A stretch of 64,000 nt of DNA from Kudoa neothunni (taxonomy: Eukaryota > Animalia > Cnidaria). This document shows, piece by piece, positions 38,188-51,320 of the stretch. Position 1 is the first letter of the stretch; the number at the start of each line of letters is the position of its first letter. The stretch covers positions 1-64,000 of the forward strand of contig OZ199838.1 in the NCBI GenBank assembly GCA_964304625.1, in the 5' to 3' direction. The notes under the pieces are model-generated. The model was given only the letters and a program-made list of their open reading frames with translations, did not search any database and was not told where the DNA came from. The position numbers and the translations under genes are program-made.

Positions 38188-39651
38188 GGGTTTTCCGAGC
38201 TTTAACAACACGGTTCCAGGGTTTGCTGCATTAACTAATAAAAAAAATAATTTGAACTTTTTTAACAAGTCGAGATTAAAAACAAAATTTTTATACACAA
38301 CGATAAACGTGATTAAGCTTAAATGAAATAAACTTTACTAAATTAACACAGCACTAGATGTAACTCAAGATTAAATACAAATTCCGCAGTTTCGATGCGC
38401 GTATAAAATAATAATGTCAAATTGGGAGGATATAATATATAATCTTCTTAAAGATGATAAAATTTATATTTATTCCATAATAATTTCTCTGTTGAGACAT
38501 CTGGAAACATATCGAAGCATCTTTCGATAGTATCCGGAACAATCATCAGGGGTGATAATTTTAAACCCATCATCTATCAGGTTTAAAAGATCAGGTTCAT
38601 CCCTTGCTGAGCCCCGTATAACATGGTTCTTCCATTTAATGAACACATTTTCGATCGGGTTCAAAAATGACGAATATGGAGGCAGGTACATCAACATCAA
38701 TTGCATAGAGTTCAGCACATCTGTGAGTCCACGATAATGATGAATTCTCGCGTTGTCCAATATAAAGCATGGATTATCTATTTCGATCGAGTGACAAAAA
38801 TCTACTAGCTCAACAAGATATTACTTAAAATCTTCTCAATTCACTGGTCGCCGATTAACTTTATAAAATACCATACCGTATTTACTCATTGAGGCTATAA
38901 TGGATATGTTCCTTGTTCTAACGCCTCCAACAGGAACGTAAGCTGATGTACCAGCAAGGGAACGACCTTTTCTAGTTGGTGTAGATACACTAAACCCAAC
39001 TTAATCAATAAAAATGAAATTTTTATCTTCAATCTCAAGAATTTTTGAGTTAAAGTTTTGAGCATACACAAGGCGCTGTTCTAAAGTATTCTCACAATTC
39101 CTTCGCTTCAGGCAATTGTAACTATTTTTAACGAATAGTGGAATTGTTTCAAGCATCTGTTAATAGTGCTCGCACTTACGCTTACTCCACACTCGTCAAT
39201 TAATTTCAGGCGAAGGGCTTTGAGAGTAATTGTTGCGTCTTCGTCCACCCAATTTCTAATCAACAACTTTTGTTCATTAGTTAGCTTTGTGGAATAATCA
39301 CCACCCCGCTTTAAAGATTTGACCTTTACGTCAATTAGGTAGACTTTTACAATTGAAGCAACGGTGCATCGATGTACACCGATGTTTTCTGCAATTATAG
39401 AGTTGCTATATTTTTTTTTCACATTGGTTAATAATCATTGACCTTGTGACATTTGAGATTGTCCGTCTTGTTTTTTTTGGGGCTATAATTTGAGAATCGT
39501 TACTGGTATCTTTTTATTTCATAAATATTATACAAATCAACTATGTTATACATTATTACCACTCATTTGATATTTTCTGAATTATAAATATGAATTCTCT
39601 ATCTAATTAGATTCCAAATTTAGACACGTGTTGTTAAAGCTCGGAAAACCA
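38188..39651 (-). mobile_element. Tc1/IS630-like DD34E transposon with near-complete transposase pseudogene (~39560-38470)
   Basis: TA flanks. TIR gggttttccgagctttaacaacacg / cgtgttgttaaagctcggaaaacca. FIFID*VGF, and DNARIH...YLPPYSSFLNPIE with 34 residues between D and E. Confidence 0.92.
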
Positions 39652-39668
39652 TATATCTTAGGTTTTGC

Positions 39669-42600
39669 TGTGACGAATTAGCTGAGATTACTTAATTACT
39701 GAAATTTTAAAATTATTAAAACATTTTTTGACTAAAAACATTTAGCTTAAGGCCATCCGTAATCGTAAATAACTAATTATTTTCCTATTTAACATTTTTC
39801 ATAATTTGCATTGGCGCACATTGATTTTATACAATGCTGCCTGCGATTCCACGCACGAAGATTAATTTTGGAATTAGATTAAATCACTTTAAAGAGACGT
39901 ATAGCGGTTAATAAGACTGAGAATTCCAAGCGGATTTAATGATTCCAAGTGAAAAAGAGTATATAACATCTGAGATAAGAAAACAAAATTCTATTATACA
40001 TACAGTTATTTTATCTTTGAGAAATCTGAGGTGCAGCAAATTGCTAGAAAGACACTTTATTAAACTGGTTATCGTCTTCGACGATCACCCGACAGTAGTA
40101 AGGAGGTTACCTCTACATTACTCCCTTCCTAAAATCTATGTTCTCCTTGCCAACTAGTTTCACAAGGCTAGGCTCATCATTCAGTAGTAGAACTGGATTT
40201 TATGACTGCTGGTAGAATATTATTTTCATGCACCGATTGAATCTCACCATCGTCCATCCATTTCGACAAAGTGAACAAATCCTTTTGATTTGTTGATTTT
40301 ATAAGGTTCATCATATTTAGGTGATAGCAACGTGATTTTTCTATTTTTGATGTAAACCCAACCTCCAACTTTATGTCTATTGGTCACGTTTTTATAGTTA
40401 TATTAATGTGTTTTGTTTCATTTGAGCTTGGTCTATATTGTGTTTGGCGTGTTTCAGAATTTTCGTCATAGTTTTACCGAGATTTTCAGAGTAGACGTGA
40501 ATATTGCTTTCCATGTTTTGGATTAAAAGCTGAATGGAAGTTCCTGTTGGTGAAGTTAACTCTTTCCCATACATTAGATAAGCCGGGATGTAGCCAGTGG
40601 TTGATGAAGGCGTTATCCTCACTACCATCAATACTTTGTCCAGCAGTTGATCCCATTCAGTATTATTAGTCAGAATCAGAGACTTTAATTTAGTTTTGAT
40701 ATTTCTGACTTGTCGTTACCCTCTGGGTGATATGAGGTAGATCTGGATTTGGTTACTCCGAGGACTTTTCACACATCTCCAAATAAAAATGACTCAAACT
40801 GCCTTCCTAGATCTGAATTTAGGTATTTTGGGCAACCACGTCGTGATATGATGAGTTCGATGAAAGTGTCAGCGGTTGTTTCGGTATTTATGTTTGACAG
40901 GACTTTAGCTTCTACCTACTTAATGAATTGATCGACAAAAAGGATGATAAGTCTATTCCCATTTTTGGTTGTTTCTAACGGTCCCATAAAATCTACATGC
41001 CACCGTATACCAGGTCCAACAACCGGAATTGGTGCCAGGGGGGCCTTTCCTGCTTTAGAATTTCCTTTTACTTTCAGATATGTTTCACAACCTTTCAACG
41101 TAAAATGCGTGTCTTTTTCCATAGTCGGCCAAAAGGTCTTTCGTAATACGTGAAGTGTTTTCGTGGGTCCGGCATGTCCACATTCCTCATGCACTTGTTT
41201 GATGATAAGGGGTCGTAGCTTGTTGGGTACTATTGGTAGATTTCCAAATCGCGACTTATGGCAAAGTACGCCCTCGACGATTTCCATATTGTTCCTTCTT
41301 TCTAAAAGCCTGTTAATTTCGACATTTTTTGAAACATGGTAATTATCAGTCCCATATGCTATCGAATTTTTGACAGAAGTTATGCATTCATCCATATCCT
41401 GTGTCTTCTTTATTTGCTCCAATATATTAGTGACACCAACGCTAAGGATATTTCTTGACAACGAATCGGCCGATGTATTCTCACTTCCCGGTTTATACAG
41501 TATATCATATGCATAGTCCTCGAGTTCTAGGAGCCAACGGGCACGCCTTCTTGGGGGATCTTTCATATTTCGTAAATAAGTTAATGGATTGTTGTCGGTT
41601 AGAATGAAGAACTTGTTCCCAATCAAATAATGTCGAAACATCCACACTGCAGTTATAATCGCTAGAGCTTCCCGGTCCGTTATAGTATAATTCCTCTCAC
41701 TATTGTTTAGTTTTTTACTTATATACGCGATGATGTCTTTTCTCTCTTGGTTCTGATACAAAACGGCTCCTACTGCAGTATTTGAAGGGTCGAATTCTAG
41801 ATACAGTCGAGATTCGATATTGCGTAATTTTTCCTTGGTCCCAAAAATTACGCAATAAAAAGGTTTTACGCAATATCGAGTCATGCACATGCGCACTTGT
41901 AAAATATTCGATTAAAACCTGTTTTGTGCGTTTATCCTACTTTAAATCATTGCTAGTGAAATAAAATAAATATAAGGAATTTTATTTAACTCAACCAGAC
42001 AAAATTATTCATTTTTATGAAAAAATGAAGTAATTTTAGTTTGGTGCCATCATTGAGATGATATTTTTAAAATTCGATCCATTGTCGGATGAAGATCGAT
42101 GAGTCCAGATGGATCTTCCTGAATAAACACCTTCCTTAATGTACTTACGGCATGCTTTATATCTTTTATTGGAACTTTTGGTTCTTCCTCGACTATAAAA
42201 ATATTGAAATTTTATAGTATTATATTTATACTCTGTTCATCTTCGAAAATTTTATCATTTGTTCCCGTCTCTGTATCTCCTATGATAATGAATTAATTTT
42301 TGAAGTTCGCATTAGCTTTTACTTTCGCTAAATATGCCCGACTTTTTAAAACAGTTCACAATAATTTCGGGTGGAATACTATTTCATGCTTCTTGGAGTG
42401 TCAGGATTGCATTAAGTAATGCAAATTTATTATTTAACGAATCATCACATAATGCCATATGGCTACACAATATTTTTTTATATCTACTTTTAAGAAAATT
42501 AATCACTCCGAGGTTGAATGGCTTTAAAACACTTTTAGTATTTTTCGTTGTTCTGACTCCATTTTAAAATTTAATTTTTTCATTATCTGGAAAAAAATAG

Positions 42601-44010
42601 CAGAGGTCATCCAAGAATTTTTTTGGTCATAACACTCATAAGGTAAATTTTTTACCCCCTTGAGGCACCTGGGATTTTGGTATTTCCCAATTACGACTAA
42701 GGGAAACTTTTCTCCGCTTAAAGGGCACGATACCAAAATCGTTATTTTTTTCGATAGCTTTTTAACTTTAATGTCATTTTCTTCTTTTAATAAATAACTA
42801 CTGTTATGTAATTGCTCATAAAACAAACCAGTTTCATCAATATTGATTGTATTTGTTGGGCTATATATGCTTATCAAATTTTTATTTTCATAGATCCACG
42901 AATCAATAGACGCGACGTTAGCGCTCGCAGCTTCACTATAAAAATGCTTCCAAACCTTTTTTTAAACCCCGCTAGCAAACCCATGCTTGCTTTAAAATTT
43001 TGAACTTCATTCTTTCTGGCAATTATGGTGGCCATTTCAAGTATTACGTCACCAGAAATAATGTGACCATTGGTGCGTTTTTTGATAAACCATTCATAAA
43101 CTCCTTCTCTATGTTGATAAATCTTCCATTTGAATGCCTCTTCCTATTTCCTGCAAAATGTGAATTTTTCAGCTTGGTTTCATGAGAAAGAATTTTGTCA
43201 AGCGTTGAATGTCTTTTAAGAAATAAATTGTTATTCGATTAAAAATAATCATACCACTAAGTTTAAACTTTTCAACCGTCATTTTCTTTGCGCCCTTTAT
43301 TGATTTTATTGAATTGTAATATTGTATTATTCTAATTTTATCAGAAATTTCACGTTGCTCCCTGGACATATTGAAGATGAAATCACACAATATCGTGTCA
43401 CGTTGGTAATTTACGTTACGCAATACTAAATCAGAGGCACATAGAAAAAATATTTTTTTATTTTTATTCTATATTATTAATTTAATAAATAAAGTAACGA
43501 TATAACGGTAAAATTAAGTCCCAATGTAAATAACTTCATATCGAAAATCTTAAATTACGCAATACCGAATCACGCAATATCCAATCTCGACTGTAGAACG
43601 GCATGTTTGGGTCTGGATAAGCTAATATTGATGATTTCTCGACTGCTTCCTTCAAATTATGGAAACGTCTTATTTGGCGATCTCCCCATTTGAAAGGCTG
43701 GTTAGAACATAATATATCAGTTAATACTGTTGATATTTTTTCCCAATCTTTGATGTTTCGATGCATAAAATTCACAGATCCCAGAAAAGACATTAGATCA
43801 TCTTTAGATTTAGATTCTTTCCAATCGGCTATACTACGTACCCTTTTGGGTCATTTCGAATTCCATTCTTCGACATTATAAAACCGAGATAAGGGATTTC
43901 CTCAAGGCAGAACTTTAAGTTTTCCATATTGATCAATAGGTTAGCTTCATGCAATCTCTTTATGACGGTATTAACATGCATGTTATGTTCATCATTAGAT
44001 TTAGAAAATA
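39669..44010 (-). mobile_element. Gypsy LTR retrotransposon, 5'-truncated (RT end, RNase H, integrase, 3' LTR), interrupted by Tigger
   Basis: RT LVFSKS..H..K..F..EIPYLG and SFLGSVN, RNase H AVGAVLYQ..ERNYTITDREAL..TDNNPL, integrase H2C2 and WHVDFMGP. PPT AGGAAGGGAG is followed by an LTR start TGTAGAGG at 40117. The far LTR end (~39669) is approximate. Confidence 0.88.
41804..43593 (-). mobile_element. Tigger/pogo DNA transposon nested in the Gypsy RNase H
   Basis: 22-bp TIR cagtcgagattcgatattgcgt / acgcaatatccaatctcgactg with TA TSD. NIDETGLFY, LVVIGKYQNPRC and NSWMTS. Removing it restores Gypsy PDPNMPFYLEFDPS. Confidence 0.93.
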
Positions 44011-44540
44011 CTAGCGCAAACCCTGGCTTACGCTCAGGGTCCTTGCCCAATGTTTATTACATAACCAATTTTTTTTTGTAATTTACGACCTTTCACTGGA
44101 TAAAAAGGAACCTTTCCTCTCTATTTTTTATTTTCTTTATATTTTGCCAAAATGTTACAATATAAAAAAATGGTTACGTAAAAACATTGTACAAAGACCC
44201 TAGCTCACGCTCAGGCATTTTGCTTTTTCCCAGAGTAGATTAAAGTCTGACGTAGGTTGGGTTTTTTACATTTAAAAAATAATTAAGTGTGTATAGATAG
44301 CGCAATCTAAGGTTTACGCAGGGAAAGGATTCCTTCCCAGATTTGTTTAATTTAAGAAGATAATTTGTTATTTAACGTGTGAAATTTAGCTAAAATACGA
44401 AGATACAATAATACGGGATATAAAATTTATTTTTTCAACAATATTTTCAACATGTTAAATGGATTCAAATGAGTGTAACGCAATAGTTTTGCTTCCCCAG
44501 TTTAGACTAAGATAAAACTAAAATTTTATATTATGTGTAT
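44011..44540 (-). mobile_element. non-autonomous Helitron that truncates the Gypsy RT
   Basis: Minus-strand 3' end CCCTGAGCGTAAGCCAGGGTTTGCGCTAG|T abuts RT LVFSK. Candidate 5' end TCTATACACATAATATAAAA near 44540. Confidence 0.6.
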
Positions 44541-44859
44541 AGACACGAACCATAAGTCATACCGATAAATTGTCACTTAAAATTGTATTTTTTGAACATT
44601 TAAAACTAAAAAGTCTAAAATTATAATGTTTTATATCATAAGATATTAAAAATTAACGTAAAAATTATTAAAGGTTAGATAAATGAAGCATAACTAATTA
44701 TGAATGAAAAAATTAACCAAATCATAAAATTAATATGGGCGAAATATTAGTCATTTCAATTTATATGCACTAAAAATAACGCGAAAAAGTAAAAATAATC
44801 GAAAGACTAATCGAATAAACAATTTTTAATATACGTTTAAGGATCAAGGGTTTGAAAGG

Positions 44860-47800
44860 AGGAAGATGATCAAGCGAATAGAAGAGGGTAAAACAGAATA
44901 AGAAATTCTGATAGAACACAGGAAGAGACCATTGAAGCAAGAAACTCGCGGTGAGGATCGAAAAGATTACGTCAGAAAGTTAAACGATCTCAAGATAGGG
45001 AACAATGTAGAGAGCAAAGGGAACAAAGAAACCGTATAGCAAACCAAAATCGAAGTATTCCCATATTTCAACAAAATGAAATGAGATTCTTGGAAGAAAA
45101 AAACCAAATGAGTCAGCAGAATCAAATTTATTGTCAGCATGAAAATATAACGGAACCATCACAGAATATAGAGATTCAACGTTATCAAAGAAAAAATATT
45201 TTAAGCAGGTGTATTATGGAATATGGCTGCTTTGAGTTATGACTCCATGCCAATTATTCAAGCGATAAAAATGTAAATATTGGAAAAATGAACAATGTCT
45301 GTCCAATATGTTTTGTTAAAAAATGACCAAGCGAATCGATTGGTTTGTGTTGTTTTGGGGGGATGGTTTTGTTAGATGTTTTACCTGAACCTCCGTCGTT
45401 ATTGAGAATTTTGCTAAGTGGAGAAACCGATGACTCCAAACACTTTTTGAAAAATACCAGGAAATATAATAATGCATTTCAAATAACATCTTTTGGGGCA
45501 GAAATTGTTTGTGAACCTGGTTTTATGCCAACATTCAAAGTTGAGGGCCAAATTTGTCATAGAACATGATCCCTATTACCTCCGGATATTGAGGAACCAA
45601 AGTTCTTACAGTTGTGCTCTGTGGAGGATCATAATTTACAGTCTCAGAGCAGAACGAGCATATATCCCGAATTGAGATATGATATTGTTCTGGAACTGCA
45701 ACACAAGTTATATATGCATCACAGATATATTGGTAGCTTCAAATATGCGTTGTAAATGCAATCTATGCATGATTTTAAAATAGTTATTGACGCTGATAAT
45801 CGTCCCGAAGGAGAACACAAAAGACGATTTAATGTTCCACTATGCAATGATGTTGCCGTTGTTATGTCAGATCAACAACATGGGAAAAGAGACATTGTTT
45901 TGAGAACTAAACAGAATGTACTCTAACGAATCAGTGAAATGCGTGGCTCATATGATGCAGTGCATTACCTATTAATTCGCATAATGGTCAAGGTGGTTAT
46001 CACTTTGGTATCCCTCGGGTTGGGACAAATAAAACTGTCCCTTTTAAAGATTTTTTATGCTTTTCACTTTATGATAAGAGAGAATAATTTTAACTCATTA
46101 CACCATTTCTAGGCATTATATCAGCAATATGCTGTGGATATGTTTGCTAAGATGGAGTCTGAGAGATTATGTTACATTAGAACTCATCAGAAGGAATTTC
46201 GTGTTGACTCTTATATACATCTAAGAAAGTAGTGTAGTATATGCAATGGTGGTACTCATATGGAGCGGGGGAAATCGTGTATTCTTCCATCCAGTTACAC
46301 AGGGTCGCCCCGCGATTTGCACGAAAAAAAGCAAGATGAGATGAACTATGTTCGATGTTTCGGTCGTCCAGATCTTTTTATTACGTTCATGTGTAATCCG
46401 TTGTGAAGTGATGTTACGGGCGAATTATTCACTGGTCAGGCTGCTAAAGAAAGACATGATCTAATGGCTAGAGTGTTTAATTTGAAGTTATCGGCACTCA
46501 TAAAATTGTTCACGAAAATCAAGATTTTTGGCCAGGTGCAGTGCTACATGTATACTATTGAATGGCAGGAAAGAGGTCTGCCACATGTTCACATATTATT
46601 ATTGCTCAAAGAAAATTACATCCAAATGACGCGGATAAATTTATATCGGCTGAACTACCGGATCAAACTAAAGATCCATAGTTATCTCAGATTATAAGTA
46701 AACAAATGGTTCATGATCCATGTGGTATAGAAAATCTACAAAGTCCATAAATGAAGGGAGGTAAATGTACAAAGAAGTATCCGAAACGTTTTATTGTAGA
46801 AACCAGAACTGATGAAAATGGCTATCCGCTTTACAGAAGACGACAATCTGGTCATTGCGGATTCTCTACAACTCTCAAGATGAGTGTTATATCTCTAGAG
46901 ATTAAACAATAAACATAATTAATTTACCGCTCACTTTGAAGGATTATATATTATATTCTCCTAGTTGTCGTATTTTGTGTTAACGCGTGCCTCTTTCATA
47001 GCGTAAATTTGCAACTATTTACATCGATATCGAAAATGTAGTTATCGAGTTGGGAGATGAAACATTGGATAAATATGGGTTTCCATCAATCGATAGAACG
47101 TTTGATAACCATACTCCAAATGAAATTCAAAGATAGTTTGGATATAATATTGAAAGTTTGAGAGAGTTTGAGTTAGTTAACAAACCAAAACTAACAAATT
47201 AACGAATGATCAATTTTATTCATGTAACTCCATGATGGATAGTGTTAACAGTGGTAATGCACATGAACCTATCTTTTTATAGATATTTTTGGTGGAATAG
47301 GGAAAACATTTATTATTAAATTGCTATTAGCAGAGCTGAGAAGTCAGTCAAAAATTATTTTGGCTGATGCTTCTTCAGGCATTGTCGCTACTTTATTTCC
47401 AGGTGATAGAATAGCCTACAGCGCATTCAGGTTGCCATTAAATTTGAATGATGATTCCACAGTTACATGTAAAATATCTAAAGGAACTGGACTCTCAGAA
47501 TTGTTAAGATGTTGCAGCGCAATCATTGGGGATGAATGTACTATGGCGAGTAATGTAGCTCTAGGAGCATTGGATCGTACTTTAAGAGACGTAACAGGTA
47601 AAATACTTCATTTGGAGGTATCACTGTTGTATTATCTGGTTATTTCCTTCAAACATTACCAGTTATACCAAAAGGAACCAGATGTAACCAAGTAAATTAT
47701 TGTTTAAAATTTTCATATTTGTGGCCCAGAGTAAAAACATTAAAATATTCTACGAATATGCGAATATGCGAGTTTATTTGAACAACGATCATCATTCAGG

Positions 47801-48486
47801 TGAATTTGCTGCTAATATTTTGAAAGTTGGGAGGGAAAATTTGTGAGCGACACTAATGGAAACGTACCATTACATTTGATAGCCAACTTGGTTAATAAAC
47901 TGGATGAATTGCGGTGTAGAGTATTCCCTGATATACATTTAAACGTTTCAAACATGGGTTGGTTATGTGAGCGAGGAATTTAGGCTCTTAAAAATCGATG
48001 TCTTCAACACTATGAATAATCGGATCGTAAGGCTTATACCAGGAGAGGAGAGAGTTTACAAATCATTTCATATCGTTATAGATCCCTCGGAAAGTGTAAA
48101 TTATCCAGTGGAATTTTTGAACAATATTGAAATGTCAGTTCTACCGTCTCATAACATTACTTTAAAGGTTGGGATATCAAGAATGTTAAGGAGGAATACA
48201 GATTCATCAAAATTATATAACGGTACGCGCGCTGGCTCTGAAAAGAATGATGACATATTTGACTGAAGCCACAATTATGACCGTATGTGGCAAAGATGAC
48301 GATGTGTACATTCCGCGAATCCCAATGATTCCATCTGATGGTACTTTTAACTTCCATCGACTTCAGTTTCCAATTAAACCCCATTTTGCAATGTCTATAA
48401 ATAAATCACAGGGACAAACCTTTAAAATAGCTGCTTTACCTTTAGAGGACTCCTGTTTTCCACATGGCCAATTTTTTTACTTATAA
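44860..48486 (+). pseudogene. second Helitron Rep/PIF1-helicase pseudogene
   Basis: CPIC..GLCC, YNNAFQITSFG, QQYAVDM, PDLFITF, IEWQERGLPHVH, ASSGIVATL, DECTM, LYNGTR and FAMSINKSQGQTF..HGQ. Internal deletion near 46885-47023. Confidence 0.92.
46885..47023. mobile_element. 139-bp TGT...ACA insert, possible solo LTR
   Basis: Non-Helitron block with inverted TGT/ACA ends; no matching TSD. Confidence 0.4.
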
Positions 48487-49480
48487 GATAACTTATCTGT
48501 GGTTCTATTTGTAACAGTGAAACTCTACAGAATTTTACATTTTTTATCAACGTATATTGTAACGCTTTATATTCCTTAACACAATCTATGGAATGCAAAA
48601 AACAGAGAAAGTTTTAAATTTCTTTAGTTCGATATTGTCACTCCGATATATCGAAATATTTACTGCAATCAGTAGAATTAATTCGTACAATCGCTAGTTA
48701 TGTTGGATTGAGAACTTTTAGTAAATAAGTATATTCAATTTCAAATATCATAACAAACTAAATAATTTACTTCTAACTACATCATATAAATTCCCATTGA
48801 TTATAATTTGACGAATATTGATATTTTTTGCTTCCATAAATACATTTTTTTATCTTCGTTATATGCTTTGTTAACAAACATGGACATTACATATGAGTTA
48901 AAACGTATTTATCGATTTAAACAATGATTTTTTAGCAAAAATATGATGAGGTTAATAAAAAGTCGCTAAACCTTTTGTCCAAATTTAGAATTCAATGTAA
49001 ATATAATTTTCTCTAACAAAACTGATTAGATTATTTACATTTGCTCCAATTCGGTAGCTTTTAATTCTCAAAATAAAAATCGCCTAGAATAGCCTTAAAT
49101 CCAATAAAAAATATTCGTAATAAGTTAAAACATGTCCTTCATGATAGCTTCATTTCTAGGTATGGGAAGCTCCAGTATTTTATAGTACAAATTCTGAAAA
49201 TCCACAACGAACATGGTTCCAATTTAATTATAATCCTCTCGTAGTCGAATTTTAATCAGCTCAAAATTTAAACGCGTATTTGTACGCCTTGAAAGTAACA
49301 ACAAGATCGATTCTGTATTTTTTCATAAACTTTACATTTTTCTAAATGCGCCTAGATATTGAAAACAAATTTTAGAGCTGTATATAAGAAAGTAAATTTT
49401 ACCGGACATGCGTACTTGTGGTCACTTACACACACACACACATCTTCGGGCCTCTTCGAATTAACATCTTTATGTGGTAA

Positions 49481-50068
49481 CTAGCGCAAAAACCCCGCTT
49501 CGCTTGGGTTTCCTTGCCGTCCACGCTGACTTAAACCTTGAATAGGCCAAGGTCATTTTAAGTTAAGAGTCAATTATAATTATTTTATCGTTCTTTTGAC
49601 GGCAGAGTTGATCAAAATAGACATTAATAACCCGATCATCTTCATTTTCTTTTTTTGGAGATTATTTTCATTTAGGAATCAAGTCCTTGCAATTCGTGTG
49701 ACAATTAATCTCCCGTTTAAACAACAAATCTTCGTTAACACAGAAAACCCGCTTACGCACGAACGAATGTTGTAGAACTTGTTAACTTAGTTTAAAGTGT
49801 AAAAAAGAGTAAAGTTAAAGTTACAATTGTATTTAAATAATATAAATTAATGTTATCTACGCATTTCATTGAACATTATAGCGAATCACGTGCAATGATA
49901 ATCTTATTATCATCAGCTCTAATCTGTTTACAAAAAGTGACACTACAAATTCACCACTTTATAAGAAAGCATACAACCCCGTTGTATTTTTGTAGTTTAT
50001 TTTGTATTTTTGTAAAGTATACTACGAAAGTCAAATAGTCTAAAAAGTCTCTGTATGAGGAGATTAAT
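49481..50068 (-). mobile_element. non-autonomous Helitron copy, 5'-truncated
   Basis: Colinear with 18932-19690, e.g. ctagcgcaaaaaccccgcttcgc and aaatagtctaaaaagtctctgtatga. Confidence 0.8.
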
Positions 50069-50649
50069 CACTTGATAAGGTGCAAAACTGTTTGTTTATC
50101 TAGGGTAAGAAAACGAAAAAATTATATTGAAAGTTTTATTAATTTTTAAGTTAATTTTAAATTTTTATGATATTTTTAAAGCTGGAGACCATATTAAAAC
50201 TATTAGAGAAGTCTGGTTAATATTATTTAGCAAGATAACATGTGCGAACATAACAATACATGCCTACGTAATGTAAATTGAGATAAAAAATATGACCATG
50301 AGCATATCTTTCCAAAAAATTATGCGAAGTAAACATAGAGTTCATAATATCTTTAAATAAGTTTGTCAAAAATTTATAAAATATTTACATTCAATAGTTA
50401 TTGTCAAAGTAATAATCAAATTAGTTGAACAAGATAGTGTCTATTTGCACTCCGTCGGTGCATGTGCGGGGGATTAAAGCATTATCTCTATATGTGCTTT
50501 TTCTCTTATATTAGTCATTTCAAATAAATAATAATAGCTGATAACGCCAAGTAATATTTTTTAATTGATTTTTAAGCTATACGTCAATTATTATTTATCG
50601 TAAAAATTATAATCATATTTACTCCATGAAACAATTTTATGCCAACTTT

Positions 50650-51316
50650 CATGTATTATAAATTAAAAAATGGTTAGATAATAATTACAAGAAAAACTCA
50701 TATGAATATATCTTGGTGCGGTTTATTAGTTTTGAGCGTAACGAGTTCAGAAAATCACGATTTATTCAACAGATGATTCTATTCACTTAATAATTTAGAA
50801 AATCTTATAAAAAATTAACAAAAAAATTAATATATTCTGAAAGTTCCGAATCATTTTACTTCATTTGAATGAATTATATTAGACAAATCCAATGTATTTT
50901 CAACATTTGGAAAAAACTGGATTAATATTCAAAATATTTGGGCTCATATTCATTGCCTCGATGCTCTGACACTTGGATCAAATACAAATAACAGGATTGA
51001 ACAAGGGCATCACAAGATAAAAGATACATGTCAAAGTCATCGTTAATTCACTAAGTCAATTCAATACCCAATTACTGTAAGACCATCCATGGTGATAATT
51101 TATTAAAAAATGGTCTGTTTCTTATGAATAACAACAACATTGATGATGTTGATGATAATGATATTTTGGCAATAATAAATCGTTTGTTCAGTTTTGCTGC
51201 TGATAAACTCAAATTAGAGACTCAAAATCTGAAATTATAGTCAGTTTGGAATTTAAAAAAAACTTTTCATTGTTTACATTGTACCTTGTTCAACAATGAT
51301 TACGTTTCAAGATAAT
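50650..51316 (+). pseudogene. MULE transposase fragment
   Basis: WINIQNIWAHIHCLDALTLGSNTNNRIEQGHHKIK contains the MULE TNNRxE motif. Cut at the 3' side by a piggyBac. Confidence 0.6.
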
Positions 51317-51320
51317 ATAA

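Noticed and set aside
40916-41896. 326-aa ORF as a novel protein with a unique N-terminus
   Set aside because: The first ~30 aa are read-through from the Tigger TIR; the rest is Gypsy RNase H and integrase.
44011-48486. Helitron with its ORF antisense to the CTAG terminus
   Set aside because: A matching minus-strand 5' end near 44540 explains the 44011 terminus as a separate small Helitron.
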